NCBI RefSeq assembly: GCF_963921235.1
Contig: NC_086097.1
Location: forward strand, 246,266,001-246,330,000
Source of the DNA: Mobula hypostoma
Taxonomy: Eukaryota
Direction: 5' to 3'
DNA length: 64,000 bases
This document shows, piece after piece, positions 61,796 to 64,000 of the stretch (positions are counted from its first letter, which is position 1; the number at the start of each line of letters is the position of its first letter). Made by a program: the position numbers and the translations under genes. The notes beneath the pieces are model-generated. The model made no database searches. It worked only from the letters and a program-made list of their open reading frames with translations, and had not been told where the DNA came from.

Positions 61796-63054
61796 GACCT
61801 GGACGATGGATGCTGATTCCTTGTGGCCGTGCACCTTATAGATGTGCTCAGTGGTGGCAAGGGCTTCACCCATGATGGACTGGGCTGTATCACTAGTTTT
61901 TGTAGGCTTTTCCATTCTTGTTAACGAGTAGAATTAACAAGATGAAAATATAAATTTATCATAAAGTAGACTGAATGTTTATGTGTAGAACAAATTTGAA
62001 AACTTTTAGTGTAAGGTGGTCAAAGTAGTCTGAGTATTGCTAAACTGTAGTAATTAGGGTTTGCTGGATGGTCCGAGAACCAGAAGGTTGAATGGAAGTA
62101 AATGTTGTAGAATCTCTAGAAGGCTCTGGAGGCTTAGTCATTGGGATGTTGAGGGAATCAAGTGATAAGGCAGGAAATGTCATTGACATCAAAGATCAGA
62201 CATGACTCACGGGGACAAATGGCCTGGCCCTGCTTCTATTTCTCACGTTCAGCGACATCAACCATAACTGTTGATATCAATCCAAAGAAGAAAACAAAAT
62301 GTGAAATTTGTGTGTTACCCTCTTAAGAGATAGCGAACTGATGATCGTTTATATATGCAGTTAAAAGTCTCAATAAAACTAAAACTGAACTCTAAATAAA
62401 TACAATATGTAAACACAAAAAAATTCTACAGATACTGGAAATCCAGAGTAACAGACACATAATGCTGGAGGAACTGAGCAGTTCAGGCAGCATCTATGGA
62501 GGGGAATAAGGAGTCAATGTTTAAGGCTGAAATCGTTGTTTCAGGTTCTTTTTGATAGTAGAGTTTGTCCACTGTGTGTGGAAATTTCTTTTATCCAAGC
62601 CCAGGTTTAATTTCTGACTCAAGTCCGAGGGTTTTTACAGAGAGTGGACATACCTTGTGGACACACACTAAAAGAGCATTTTTAAATGTTTATTAATCTT
62701 TATCTTCATAATTTTCAGAATCAGGTGTAATATAACTGGCATATATCATGAAATTGTTAACTTAGTGGCAGTAGTACAATGCAATACATGGTAATATAGA
62801 AAAAAGTGAATTACAGTAAGTATATATATAAAATAATTACATGAAAAATAGTGCACAAAAATAAAAAAATGTGAGGTAAAAATGGGTTCAATGTCCATTT
62901 AGGAATCAGATGACAGAGGGGAAGAAGCTGTTGCTGAATTGCCGAGTGGGTACCTTGGGTGCCACACCTCGATGGCTTATTCCACACTGTATCTCAATAA
63001 ACAAACAAACAAATAAATAAATAGAGTGAAAAGGAAATTACAGTAAAGAAATGT

Positions 63055-63470
63055 TAGAACGTAGAAATAAAACATTATAGCACAGTACTGACCCTTCAGC
63101 CACAATATTGTGCCAACCTTTTAACCTACTCTACAATCAATCTAACATTTCCCTCCTACATAGCCCTCCATTTTTCTATCATCCATGCGCCTGGCCAAGA
63201 GTCTCTTAAATGTCCCTAATGTATCTGCCTGTACCACCACCCCTGGCAGGGTGTTCCATGCACCCACTACTGTCCGTATAAAAAAAACCTACCTCTAACT
63301 TGCCCCCTGTACTTTCCTTCATCACCTCAAAACTATGCCCCCTTGTATCAGCCATTTCTGCCCTGGGAAAAAGTGTCTGGCTGTCCACTTGATCTATGCC
63401 TCTATCATCTTGTACACCTCTATCATGTCACCTCTTATCCTGTCACTCCAAAGAGAAAAGCCCGAGTTCA
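63055..63470 (-). mobile_element. CR1 3' fragment; further CR1 tails run to the window end
   Basis: DSQTLFPRAEMADTRGHSF relic and 3' UTR. Confidence 0.8.
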
Positions 63471-64000
63471 CTCAAACTATCAGCTCAACTCATCTGAAAG
63501 TAACTTGCTCAATGTATCTGAAAAAACATCACTGGGTTTTGTGGTAAGCTTGGTTAGTAAACCACAGCTCTGAATTAGAAGGGAATGTAAGAGCTTATTT
63601 TTCAAATGGTCTGTAGATGCATGTGTGTGTGTGAGAGATAGTCACAGAGCTCTACTGCACAGAAGTAAGGCCTTCCAGACCGTACTGAGCTGTTACTCTG
63701 GATAGTCACATCGAACTGTTCCTGGGCCAGAGCTCTTCATACCTGTCCCATCCATGTACTTATCCAAACTTCCCTTAATTGTTGCAATTGAGCCCATGTA
63801 TGCTAATTATAAAGTAGAATCATTGACCATAAACTGCAGGAGACTTGGGCTGAGAGAGAAATGGATCAGCCATAATGAAATCGCAGAGCAGTCATGATGG
63901 GTCGGTGGCCTAATTCTGCTCCTATGTCTTATGGTCTTACAAGATGTAGGTGCAAAATAAGAACATAAGAAATAGGAGCAGGAATAGGCCATCAGGCCTG

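Overview
Repeat-dense, AT-rich vertebrate DNA, intronic or intergenic. The mix of CR1, Penelope, Rex1/Babar, RTE, HERO, Tc1, Tigger, hAT, tRNA-SINEs and solo LTRs suggests a cartilaginous fish, probably a ray (inference). I found no intact host gene or host exon I can support. The listed ORFs are transposon fragments, their antisense frames, or noise. Highlights: (1) a 3.5-kb RTE with a 5' inversion, a 12-bp TSD and the geometry of twin priming; (2) a 479-bp HERO-type mini-element nested in it, whose N- and C-terminal coding parts are fused in frame; (3) ribozyme-like motifs in retroelement ends, namely about 10 recognisable minimal hammerheads with a zero-loop ACGT helix III, a twister relic and an atypical HDV-like fold; (4) a Tc1-type element whose TIRs are themselves palindromic mini-MITEs; (5) a four-level nested insertion that includes a 6-bp-TSD DNA transposon; (6) three solo LTRs, a fold-back hairpin and two minisatellites. 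Boundaries are read by eye and approximate unless a TSD or TIR is quoted. Family names come from motif recognition, not database searches.
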